From Eledone cirrhosa (Eukaryota), in NCBI GenBank assembly GCA_964016885.1, contig OZ024741.1, positions 1,488,001 to 1,552,000 of the forward strand: 64,000 nucleotides of DNA, in the 5' to 3' direction. The notes beneath the pieces were generated by a model. It had not been told where the DNA came from. It saw only the letters and a program-made list of their open reading frames with translations, and ran no database searches. Both the position numbers and the translations under genes were made by a program. Below are positions 21,486 through 33,400 of the stretch, piece after piece (position 1 is the first letter of the stretch; each line of letters begins with the position of its first letter).

Positions 21486-24400
21486 GATCAAGCTAGTGTT
21501 CGGCACGGAAGAATTTAAGTAAATTCTATTTCAAAGGTTATGCGGTGTGGTCTGGTATAGTATGGTGTAGTGTGGTGTGGTGTAGTGTGGTGTGGTGTGG
21601 TCTGGTATAGTATGGTGTGGTGTGGTGTAGTGTGGTATAGTGTGGTGTGGTGTAGTGTGGTGTGGTGTAGTGTGGTGTAGTGTGGTGTGGTGTAGTGTAG
21701 TGTGGTGTAGTCTGGTGTAGTGTGGTGTGGTGTAGTATGGTGTAGTGTGGTGTGGTGTGGAGTGGTATGGTCTGGTATAGTATGGTGTAGTGTGGCGTGG
21801 TGTGGCGTGGTGTGGTGTTGTGTGGTGTGGTGCAGTCTGGTGTAGTGTGGTGTGGTGTAGTGTGGTGTGGTGTGGTGCGGTGTAGTCTGGTGTGGTGTGG
21901 TGTGGTCTGGTATAGTCTGGTGTAGTGTGATGTGGTGTGGTGGGGTGTGATCTGGTATAGTATGGTGTAGTGTGGTGTGGTGTGGTGTGGTCTGTTATAG
22001 TGTGGTGTAGTGTGGTGTGGTGTAGTGTGGTCTTGTGTGGTGTGGTGTAGTGTGGTGTGGTGGGGTGTGGTGTGGTCTGGTATAGTGTGGTCTGGTATAG
22101 TATGATGTAGTGTGGTGTGGTATAGTGTGGTGTAGTGTGGTGTGGTCTGGTATAGTATGGTGTAATTCTGTGTGGTGTAGTGTGGTGTGGTGTGGTGTGG
22201 TCTGGTATAGTATGATGTAGTGTGGTGTGGTATAGTGTGGTATAGTGTGGTGTGGTCTGGTATAGTATGGTTTAGTGTGGTGTGGTGTAGTGTGGTGTAG
22301 TCTGGTGTGGTGTGGTGTGGTCTGGTATAGTCTGGTGTAGTGTGATGTGGTGTGGTGGGGTGTGATCTGGTATAGTATGGTGTAGTGTGGTGTGGTGTAC
22401 TCTGTTATAGTGTGGTGTAGTGTGGTGTGGTGTAGTGTGGTGTGGTATAGTCTTGTGTAGTGTGTTGTAGTGTGGTGTGGTCTGGTATAGTATGGTGTAG
22501 TGTGGTGTGGTGTGGAGTGGTATGGTCTGGTATAGTCTGGTGTAGTGTGGGGTGATGTGGGGTGGTATGGTCTGGTATAGTCTTGTGTAGTCTGGTGTGG
22601 TGTAGTGTGGTGTGGTGTAGTGTGGTGCGGTGTGGTGTGGTGTGGTCTGGTATAGTATGGTGTAGTGTGGGGTGGTGTGGGGTGGTATGGTCTGGTATAG
22701 TCTGGTGTAGTGTGGTGTAGTGTGGTGTGGTGTAGTGTGGTGTGGTGTGGTATGGTGTAGTGTGGTGTAGTGTGGTGTGGTGTGGTCTGGTATAGTCTGG
22801 TGTTGTGTGGTGTGGTGTGGTGTGGTGTGGTGTGGTGTAGTGTGGTGCGGTGTGGTCTGCTATAGTCTGGTGTTGTGTGGTGTGGTGTGGTGTGGTGTGG
22901 TGTGGTCTGGTATAGTGTGGTGTAGTGTGGTGTGGTGTAGTGTGGTGTGGTCTGGCATAGTATGGTGTAGTGTGGTGTGGTGTGGTGTGGTCTGGTCTGG
23001 TATAGTCTGGTGTAGTGTGGTGTAGTGTGGTGTGGTGTAGTGTGGTGTGGTGTGGTATGGTATAGTCTGGTGTAGTGTGGTGTGGTCTGATGTGGTTGTT
23101 GTGGTGTGGTATAGTCTGGTGTAGTGTGTTGTGGTGTAGTGTGGTGTGGTCTTGTATAGTATGGTGTAGAGTGGTGTGGTGCAGTGTGGTGTGGTCTGGT
23201 ATACTCTGGTGTAGTGTGGTGTGGTGTGGTCTGGTATAGTCTGGTATAGTATGGTGTGGTGTAGTGTAGTGATATGTGGTGTTGTGTGGTGTGGTTTGGT
23301 GTAGTGTGGTTAGGTCTGGTATAGTATGGTGTAGTGTGGTGTGGTGTAGTGTGGTGTGGTCTGGTATAGTATGGTGTAGTGTGGTGTGGTGTAGTGTGGT
23401 GTAGTGTGGTATAGTATGGTGTAGTGTGGTGTGGTGTGGTGTGGTCTTGTATAGTCTGGTGTAGTCTCGTGTGGTGAGGTGTGGTATAGTCTGGTATGGT
23501 GTGGTGTGGTGTAGTGTAGTGTGGTGTCGTGTGTTGTGGTATGGTGTAGTTTGCTGTGGTGTATTGTGGTGTGGTGTAGTGTGGTGTGGTCTTGTATAGT
23601 CTGGTACAGTATGGTGTGGTGTAGTGTGGTGTGGTCTGGTAATGTATGGGGTAGTCTTGTGATGTGTAGTATGGTGTGGTCTGGTATAGTATGGTGTAGA
23701 GTGGTGTGGTGTAGTGTGATGTGGGGTGGTGTTGTGTGGTCTGGTGTAGCGTGGTGTGGTGTAGTGTGGTGTGGTGTAGTGTGGTGTGGTCTGGTATAGT
23801 CTGGTGTAGTGTGGTGTGGTGTAGTGTGATGTGGGGTGGTGTTGTGTGGTCTGGTGTAGCGTGGTGTGGTGTAGTGTGGTGTAGTGTGGTGTGGTCTGGT
23901 ATAGCATGGTGTAGTGTGGTGTGGTGTAGTGTGGTGTGGTGTGGTGTGGTATGGTGTACAGTAGTGTGGTGTCGTGTGTTGTGGTATAGTGTAGTATGGT
24001 GTGGTGTAGTGTGGTGTGGTGTAGTGTGGTGTGGTCTGGTATAGTCTGGTGTAGTTTGGTGTGGTGTAGTGTGGTTTCGTCTGGTATAATATGATGTAGT
24101 GTGGTGTGGTGTAGTGTGGTGTGGTCTTGTGTAGTCTGATGTAGTTTGGTGTGGTGTGGTCTGTTCTGGTATAATCTGGTGTAGTGTGGTGTGGTGTGGT
24201 GTGGTATGTTGTAGTGTGGTGTGGTGTAGTGTGGTGTGGTCTGGTATAGTATGTTGTAGTGTGGTGTGGTGTGGTGTTGTGTGGTGTTGTGTGGTATGGT
24301 GTAGTGTGGTGTGGTGTAGTGTGGTGTGGTGTAGTGTGGTGTAGTCTGGTATAGTATGGTGTAGTGTGGTGTGGTCTGGTATAGTCAGGTGTAGTGTGGT

Positions 24401-27400
24401 GTGGTGTAGTGTGGTGTGGTGTGGTATAGTCTGGTGTGGTGTGGTGTAGTGTGGTGTGGTGTGGTATAGTATGGTGTAGTGTGGTGTGGTGTGGTGTGGT
24501 CTCGTATAGTCTGGTGTAGTCTCGTGTGGTGCGGTCTGGTATAGTCTGGTGTGGTGTGGTGTGGTGTAGTGTAGTGTGGTGTCGTGTGTTGTGGTATGGT
24601 GTAGTTTGGTGTGGTGTATTTTGGTGTGGTGTAGTGTGGTGTGGTCTGGTAATGTATGGGGTAGTCTGGTGAGGTGTAGTATGGTGTGGTCTGGTATAGT
24701 ATGGTGTAGAGTGGTGTAGTGTGGTGTAGTCTGGTATAGTCTGGTCTAGTGTGGTGTGGTGTAGTGTGGTGTGGGGTGGTGTGGTGTGGTGTAGCGTGGT
24801 GTGGTGTAGTGTGGTGTGGTGTAGTGTAGTGTGGTGTGGTGTAGTGTGGTGTGGTCTGGTAATGTATGGGGTAGTCTGGTGAGGTGTAGTATGGTGTGGT
24901 CTGGTATAGTATGGTGTAGAGTGGTGTAGTGTGGTGTAGTCTGGTATAGTCTGGTGTAGTGTGGTGTGGTGTAGTGTGGTGTGGGGTGGTGTGGTGTGGT
25001 GTAGCGTGGTGTGGTGTAGTGTGGTGTGGTATAGTCTAGTGTAGTGTGGTGTGGTGTGGTGTGGTGTGGTGTGGTGTGGTGTGGTCTGGTATAGTCTGGT
25101 ATAGTATAGTGTGGTGTGGTGTAGTGTGGTGTGGTGTGGTATAGTGTGGTGTAGTGTGATGTGATGTAGTGTGGTGTGGTCTGGTATAGTATGGTGTAGT
25201 GTGGTGTGGTCTGGTATAGTCTGGTGTAGTGTGGTGTGGTGTAGTGTGGTGTGGTCTGGTATAGTCTAGTGTAGTGTGTTGTGGTGTGGTGTGGTCTGGT
25301 ATAGTCTGGTATAGTATGGTGTGGTGTGGTGTAGTGTGGTGTCGTGTCGTGTGGTGTGGTTGGTGTAGTGTGGTGTGGTATAGTGTGGTGTGGTGTAGTG
25401 TGGTGTGGTCTGGTATAGTATGGTGTAGTGTGGTGTGGTGTAGTGTAGTGTGGTCCGGTATAGGATGGTGTAGTGTGGTGTGGTCTGCAGTGGTCTGGTA
25501 TAGTCTGGTGTAGTGTTGTGTGGTCTGGTATAGTATGGTGTAGTGTGGTGTGGTGTGGTCTGGTATAGTCTGGTGTAGTGTGGTGTGGTGTAGTGTGGTG
25601 TGGTTTGGGATAGTATGGTGTAGTGTGGTGTGGTTAGGTGTGGTGTGGTGTGGTGTGGTGTGGTGTAGTGTGGTGTGGTGTCGTGTTGAGTGGTGTGGTG
25701 TATTCTGGTGTGCTATAGTGTTGTGTGGTGTATTGTGGTGTGGTCTGGTAAAGTATAGTGTGGTGTGGTGTAATGTGTTGTGGTATGGTGTAGTGTGGTG
25801 TGGTGTAGTGTGGTGTGGTGTAGTGTGCTGTGGTCTTGTATAGTCTGATGTAGTTTGGTGTGGTGTGGTCTGTTCTGGTATAATCTGGTGTAGTGTGGTG
25901 TGGTGTAGTGAGGTGTGGTGTGGTATGTTGTAGTGTGGTCTGGTGTAGTGTGGTGTGGTCTGGTATAGTATGTTGTAGTGTGGTGTGGTGTAATGGGGTG
26001 TGGTCTTGTATAGTCTGATGTAGTTTGGTGTGGTGTGGTCTGTTCTGGTATAATCTGGTGTAGTGTGGTGTGCTGTAGTGTGGTATGGTGTAGTGTGGTG
26101 TAGTGTAATGTGGTGTGGTCTTGTATAGTCTGATGTAGTTTGGTGTGGTGTGGTCTGTTGTAGTATAATCTGGTGTAGTGTGGTGTGGTGTACTGAGGTG
26201 TGGTGTGGTGTGGTATGTTGTAGTGTGGTGTGGTGTAGTGTGGTGTGGTCTGGTATAGTACGTTGTAGTGTGGTGTGGTGTAATGTGGTGTGGTCTTGTA
26301 TAGTCTGATGTAGTTTGGTGTGGTGTGGTCTGTTCTGGTATAATCTGGTGTAGTGTGGTGTGCTGTAGTGTGGTATGGTGTAGTGTGGTGTGGTGTAGTG
26401 TGGTGTGGTGTAGTGTGGTGTGTTCTGGTATAGTATGGTTTAGAGTGGTGTGGCGTAGTGTGGTGTTGTGGGGTGTGGTGTGGTATGATGTAGTGTGGTG
26501 TGGTGTAGTGTGGTGTGGTGTAGTGTGGTGTGGTCTGGTATAGTATGGTGTAGTGTGGTGTGGTGTAGTGTGGTGTGGTCTGGTATAGTATGGTGTAGTG
26601 TGGTGTGGTGTAGTGTGGTGTGGTCTGGTATAGTATGGTGTAGTGTGGTGTGGTGTAGTGTGGTGTAGTGTGGTATAGTATGGTGTAGTGTGGTGTGGTG
26701 TGGTCTTGTATAGTCTGGTGTAGTCTCGTGTGGTGCGGTCTGGTATAGTCTGGTGTGGTGTGGTGTGGTGTAGTGTAGTGTGGTGTCATGTGTTGTGGTA
26801 TGGTGTAGTTTGCTGTGGTGTATTGTGGTGTGGTGTAGTGTGGTGTGGTCTTGTATAGTCTGGTATAGTATGGTGTGGTGTAGTGTGGTGTGGTCTGGTA
26901 ATGTATGGGGTAGTCTTGTGATGTGTTGTATGGTGTGGTCTGGTATAGTATGGTGTAGAGTGGTGTAGTGTGGTGTGGTCTGGTATAGTCTGGTGTAGTG
27001 TGGTGTGGTGTAGTGTGATGTGGGGTGGTGTGGTGTGGTCTGGTGTAGCGTGGTGTGGTGTAGTGTGGTGTGGTGTAGTGTGGTGTGGTCTGGTATAGCA
27101 TGGTGTAGTGTGGTGTGGTGTAGTGTGGTGTGGTGTGGTGTGGTGTGGTATGGTGTACAGTGGTGTGGTGTCGTGTGTTGTGGTATAGTGTAGTATGGTG
27201 TGGTGTAGTGTGGTGTGGTGTAGTGTGGTGTGGTCCGGTATAGTCTGGTGTAGTTTGGTGTAGTGTAGTGTGGTTTGGTCTGGTATAATATGATGTAGTG
27301 TGGTGTGGTGTAGTGTGGTGTGGTCTTGTGTAGTCTGATGTAGTTTGGTGTGGTGTGGTCTGTTCTGGTATAATCTGGTGTAGTGAGGTGTGGTGTGGTG

Positions 27401-30400
27401 TGGTATGTTGTAGTGTGGTGTGGTGTAGTGTGGTGTGGTCTGGTATAGTACGTTGTAGTGTGGTGTGGTGTAATGTGGTGTGGTCTTGTATAGTCTGATG
27501 TAGTTTGGTGTGGTGTGGTCTGTTCTGGTATAATCTGGTGTAGTGTGGTGTGCTGTAGTGTGGTATAGTGTAGTGTTATGTGGTGTAGTGTGGTGTGGTG
27601 TAGTGTGCTGTGTTCTGGTATAGTATGGTATAGAGTGGTGTGGCGTAGTGTGGTGTTGTGTGGTGTGGTGTGGTATGGTGTAGTGTGGTGTGGTGTAGTG
27701 TGGTGTGGTGTAGTGTGGTGTGGTCTGGTATAGTCAGGTGTAGTGTTGTGTGGTGTAGTGTGGTGTGGTGTGGTATAGTCTGGTGTGGTGTGGTGTAGTG
27801 TGGTGTGGTCTGGTATAGTCTGGTGTAGTGTGGTGTGGTGTAGTGTGGTGTAGTCTGGTATAGTCTGGTGTAGTGTGGTGTGGTGTAGTGTGGTGTGGTC
27901 TGGTATAGTCTGGTGTAGTGTGGTGTGGTTTAGTGTGGTGTAGTCTGGTATAGTATGGTGTAGTTTGGTGTGGTGTGGTATAGTATGGTGTAGTGTGGTG
28001 TAGTGTGGTGTGGTCTGGTATAGTATGGTGTAGTGTGGTGTGGTGTAGTGTGGTGTAGTCTGGTATAGTCTGGTATAGTGTGGTGTGGTGGAGTGTGGTA
28101 TGGTCTGGTAATGTATGGGGTAGTCTGGTGAGGTGTAGTAGGGTGTGGTCTGGTATAGTATGGTGTAGTGTGGTGCAGTGTGGTGTGGTCTGGTATAGTC
28201 TGGTGTAGTGTGGTGTGGTGTAGTGTGGTGTGGGGTGGTGTGGTGTGGTCTGGTGTAGCGTGGTGTGGTGTAGTGTGGTGTGGTCTGGTATAGCATGGTG
28301 TAGTGTGGTGTGGTGTAGTGTGGTGTGGTGTGGTGTACTATGTTGTAGAGTGGTGTGGTGCCGTGTGATGTGGCATAGTGTGGTGTGGTGTGGTGTAGTG
28401 TGGTGTGGTCTGGTATAGTCCGGTGTAGTGTGGTGTGGTGTAGTGTGGTGTGGTCTGGTATAATCCGGTGTAGTGTGGTGTGGTGTAGTGTGGTGTGGTC
28501 TTGTTTAGTCTGATGTAGTTTGGTGTGGTGTGGTCTGTTCTGGTATAATCTGGTGTAGTGTGGTGTGGTGTAGTGTGGTGTGGTGTGGTATGTTGTAGTG
28601 TGGTGTGGTGTAGTGTGGTGTGGTCTGGTATAGTATGTTGTAGTGTGGTGTGGTGTAATGTGGTGTGGTCTTGTATAGTCTGATGTAGTTTGGTGTGGTG
28701 TGGTCTGTTCTGGTATAATCTAGTGTAGTGTGGTGTGCTGTAGTGTGGTGTGGTGTGGTGTGGTGTGGTATGTTGTAGTGTGGTGTGGTGTGCTGTAGTG
28801 TGGTATGGTGTAGTGTGGTGTAGTGTGGTGTGGTGTGGTGTAGTGTGGTGTTGTGTGGTGTGGTGTAGTGTGGTGTGGTGTAGTGTGGTGTGGTCTGACA
28901 TAGTCTGGTGCAGTGTGGTGTGGCGTAGTGTGGTGTTGTGTGGTGTGGTGTGGTATGGTGTAGTGTGGTGCTGTGTAGTGTGGTGTGGTGTAGTGTGGTG
29001 TGGTCTGGTATAGTATGGTATAGTGTGGTGTGGTCTTGTATAGTCTGGTGTAGTTTGGTGTGGTGTGGTCTTGTCTGGTATAGTCTGGTGTAGTGTGGTG
29101 TGGTGTAGTGTGGTGTGTTGTAGTGTGCTGTGGTCTGGTATAGTATGGTGTAGTATGGTGTGGTGTAGTGTGGTGTGGTGTAGTGTGGTGTAGTCTGACA
29201 TAGTCTGGTGCAGTGTGGTGTGGTGTAGTGTGGTGTTGTGTGGTGTGGTATGGTGTAGTGTAGTGTGGTGTAGTGTGGTGTGGTGTAGTGTTGTATGGTC
29301 TGGTATAGTTGGTGTAGTGTGGTGTGGCCTGGTATAGTCAGGTGTAGTGTGGTGTGGTGTGGTATAGTATGGTGTAGAGTGGTGTGGTGTAGTGTGTCGT
29401 GGTGTAGTGTGGTGTGGTCTGGTAGAGTAAGGTGTAGTATGGTGTGGTGCAGTGTGGTGTGGTGTAGTGTGGTGTTGTGTGGTGTGGTGTGGTATGTTGT
29501 AATGTAGTGTGGAGTAGTGTGGTGTGGTGTAGTGTGGTCTGGTCTGGTATAGTCTGGTGTAGTGTGGTGTGGTGTGGTGTCGTGTGGTAAAGTATGGTGT
29601 AGTGTGGTGTGGTGTAGTGTGGTGTGGTCTGGTATAGTATGGTGTAGTGTGGTGTGGCGTAGTGTGGTGTTGTGTGGTGTGGTGTGGTGTGGTATGGTGT
29701 AGTGTGGTGTGGTGTAGTGTGGTGTGTTCTGGTATAGTATGGTGTAGTGTGGTGTGGCGTAGTGTGGTGTTGTGTGGTGTGGTGTGGTGTGGTATGGTGT
29801 AGTGTGGTGTGGTTTAGTGTGGTGTGTTCTGGTATAGTATGGTGTAGTGTGGTGTGGCGTAGTGTGGTGTTGTGTGGTGTGGTGTGGTGTGGTATGGTGT
29901 AGTGTGGTGTGGTGTAGTGTGGCGTGGTGTAGTGTGGTGTGGTCTGGTATAGTATGGTGTAGTGTGGTGTGGTCTGGTATAGTCAGGTGTAGTGTGGTGT
30001 GGTGTAGTGTGGTGTGGTGTGGTGTGGTGTGGTGTGGTGTATTGTGGTGTGGTGTCGTGCGGTTTGGTATGGTGTAGTGTGGTGTGCTTTAGTGGGGTTG
30101 TGGTGCAGTGTGGTGTTGCGTAGTGGTGTGTGGTCTCGTATAGTCTGGTGTAGTGTGGTGTGGTGTCGTGTGGTGTGGTCTGGTATAGTCTGGTATAGTA
30201 TGGTGTGGTGTGGGGTAGTGTGGTGTGGTATCGTGTGGTGTGGTATGCTGTAGTGTAGTGTTGTATAGTATGGTGTGGTGTAGTGTGGTGTAGTGTGGTG
30301 TCGTCTGGTATAGTATGGTGTAGTGTGGTGTGGTGTAGTGTGGTGTGGTATGGTATAGTGTGGTGTGGTGTAGTGTGGTGAGGTGTAGTGTTGTGTGGTG

Positions 30401-33400
30401 TAGTCTGGTGTGGTCTGGTATAGTATGGTGTAGTGTGGTGTGGTATAGTGTGGTGTGGTCTTGTATAGTCTGGTGTAGTTTGGTGTGGTGTGGTCTGCTC
30501 TGGTAAAGTCTGGTGTAGTGTGGTGTGGTGTCGTGTGGTGTGGCCTGGTATAGTCAGGTATAGTATGGTGTGGTGTGGTGTAGTGCTGTGTGGTCTGGTA
30601 TAGTCTGGTGTAGTGTGGTGTGGTGTGGTGTGGTGTAGTGTGGTGTGGTCTGGTATAGTCTAGTGTAGTGTGGTGTGGTGTGATCTGGTATAGTCTGGTA
30701 TAGTATGGTGTGGTGTGGTGTAGTTTGGTGTGGTGTCGTGTGGTGTGGTTGGTGTAGTGTGGTGTGGTATAGTGTGGTGTGGTGTAGTGTGGTGTGTTCT
30801 GGTGTAGTATGGTGTAGTGTGGTGTGGTGTAGTGTGGTGTGGTCCGGTATAGTCTGGTGTAGTGTGGTGAGGTCTGGGATAGTATGGTTAGGTGTGGTGT
30901 GGTTAGGTGTGGAGTAGTGTGGTGTGGTGTATTGTGTTCTGGTCCGGTATAGTATGGTGTAGCGTGGTGTGGTCTGGTATAGTCTGGTGTAGTGTGGTGT
31001 GGTGTGGTGTGGTGTGGTATAGTATGGTGTAGTGTGGTGTGGTGTAGTGTGGTGTGGTCTGGTATAGTATGGTGTAGTGTGATGTGGTGTAGTGTGGTGT
31101 GGTCTGGTATAGTATGGTGTAGTTTGGTGTGGTGGAGTCTGGTGTGGTCTGGTATAGTATGGTGTATTGCGGTGTGGTGTGGTATGGTATAGTCTGGTGT
31201 AGTGTGGTGTAGTGTGGTGTGGTCTGGTATAGTATGGTGTAGTGTGGTGTGATGTAGTGTGGCGTGGTGTAGTGTGGTGTGGTCTGGTATAGTATGGTGT
31301 AGTGTGGTGTGGTGTGGTGTGGTCTTGTATAGTCGGGTGTAGTGTGGTGTGATGTAGTGTGGTGTGGTCTGGTAGAGTATGGTGTAGTCTGGTGTGGTGT
31401 AGTGTGGTGTGGTCGGGTATATTATGGTGTAGTGTGGTGTGGTGTGATGTGGTCTGGTATAGTCTGGTGTAGTGTGGTGTGGTATACTATGGTGTAGTAT
31501 GGTGTGGTGTTGTGTGGTGTGGTGTAGTGTGGTGTGGTCTGACATAGTCTGGTGCAGTGTGGTGTGGTGTAGTGTGGTGTTGTGTGGTGTGGTGTGGTAT
31601 GGTGTAGTGTAGTGTGCTGTAGTGTGGTGTGGTGTAGTGTGGTATGGTCTGGTATAGTATGGTGTAGCGTGGTGTGGCCTGGTATAGTCTGGTGTAGTGT
31701 GGTGTGGTGTGGTGTGGTGTGGTATAGTATGGTGTAGTGTGGTGTGGCGTAGTGTGGTGTGGTCTGGTATAGTATGTTGTACTGTGGTATGGTGTAGAGT
31801 GGTGTCGTCTGGTATAGTATGGTGTAGTGTGGTGTGGTGTAGTGTGGTGTGGTCTGGTATAGTATGGTGTAGTGTGATGTGGTGTAGTGTGGTGTGGTGT
31901 GGTGTGGTGTGGTCTGGTATAGTCTGGTGTAGTGTGGTGTGATGTAGTGTGGTGGTGTCTGGTATAGTATGTTGTAGTGTGGTGTGGTGTAGTGTGGTGT
32001 GGTCTGGTATAGTATGGTGTAGTGTGGTGTGGTCTGGTATAGTATGGTGTAGTCTGGTGTGGTGTAGTGTACTGTGGTCTGGTATAGTCTGGTTTGGTGT
32101 GCTGTGGTGTAGTGTGGTGTGGTCTGGTATAGTATGGGGTAGAGTGGTGTGGTGTGGTCTGGTATAGTCTGGTGTAGTGTCGTGTGGTGTAGTGTGGTTT
32201 GGTCTGGAATAGTATGGTGTAGTGTGGTGTGGTGTTGTGTGGTGTGGTGTAGTCTGGTGTGGTGTGGTGCGGTATACTGCAGTGTGGTGTGGTGTCGTCT
32301 GTTGTGGTATGGTGTAGTGTGGTGTGGTGTAGAGTGGTGTAGTGTGGTGTGGTCTCGTATAGTCTGGTGTAGTGTGGTGTGGTGTAGTGTGGTGTGGTGT
32401 GGTGTATTATGGTGTAGTGTGGTATGGTGTCGTGTGTGGTGGTATGGTGTAGTGTGGTTTGATGTAGTGTGGTGTGGTGTAGTGTGGTGTGGTGTGGTAT
32501 AGTGTGGTGTGGTGTAATGTCGTTTGGTCTGGTATAGTATGGTGTAGTGTGGTGTGGTTTAGTTTGGTGGGATTTGGTATAAAGGTGTAGTATGGTAAGG
32601 TGTATTCTGGTGTGGTCTGGTATAGTATGATGTAGTGTGGTGTGCTGTGGTCTGGTATAGTCTGGAGTATGTGGTGTGGTGTGGTCTGGTATAGTCTGGT
32701 GTAGTGTGGTGTGGTGTAGTGTGGTGTGGTCTGGTATAGTATAGTGTAGTGTGGTGTGGTGTAGTGTGGTGTGGTCTGATATAGTATGCTGTAGTGTGGT
32801 GTGGTGTAGTGTGGTGTGGTCGGGTATATTATGGTGTAGTGTGGTGTGGTGTGATGAGGTCTGGTATAGTCTGGTGTAGTGTGGTGTGGTATAGTATCGT
32901 GTAGTATGGTGTGGTGTAGTGTGGTGTTGTGTAGTGTGGTGTGGTCTGACATAGTCTGGTGCAGTGTTGTGTGGTGTAGTGTGGTGTTGTGTGGTGTGGT
33001 ATGGTGTAGTGTAGTGTGGTGTAGTGTGGTGTGGTGTAGCGTGGTATGGTCTGGTATAGTCTGGTGTAGTGTGGTGTGGTGTGGTGTGGTGTGGCCTGGT
33101 ATAGTCTGGTATAGTGTGGTGTGGCGTAGTGTGGTGTGGTCTGGTATAGTATGGTGTACTGTGGTGTGCTGTAGTGTGCTGTGGTCTGGTATAGTATGGT
33201 GTAGTGTGGTGTGGTCTGGTATAGTATGGTGTAGTGTGATGTGGTGTAGTGTGGTGTGGTGTGGTGTGGTCTGGTATAGTCTGCTGTAGTGTGGTGTGAT
33301 GTAGTGTGGTGGAGTCTGGTATAGTATGTTGTAGTGTGGTGTGGTGTAGTGTGGTGTGGTCTGGTATAGTATGGTGTAGTGTGGTGTAGTGTGGTGTGGT

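Noticed and set aside
20310-21522. Poly-His, Pro-Ser (extensin-like) and YI/CV-rich ORFs
   Set aside because: They are products of di- and trinucleotide repeats, open in several frames at once, with no convincing exon structure.
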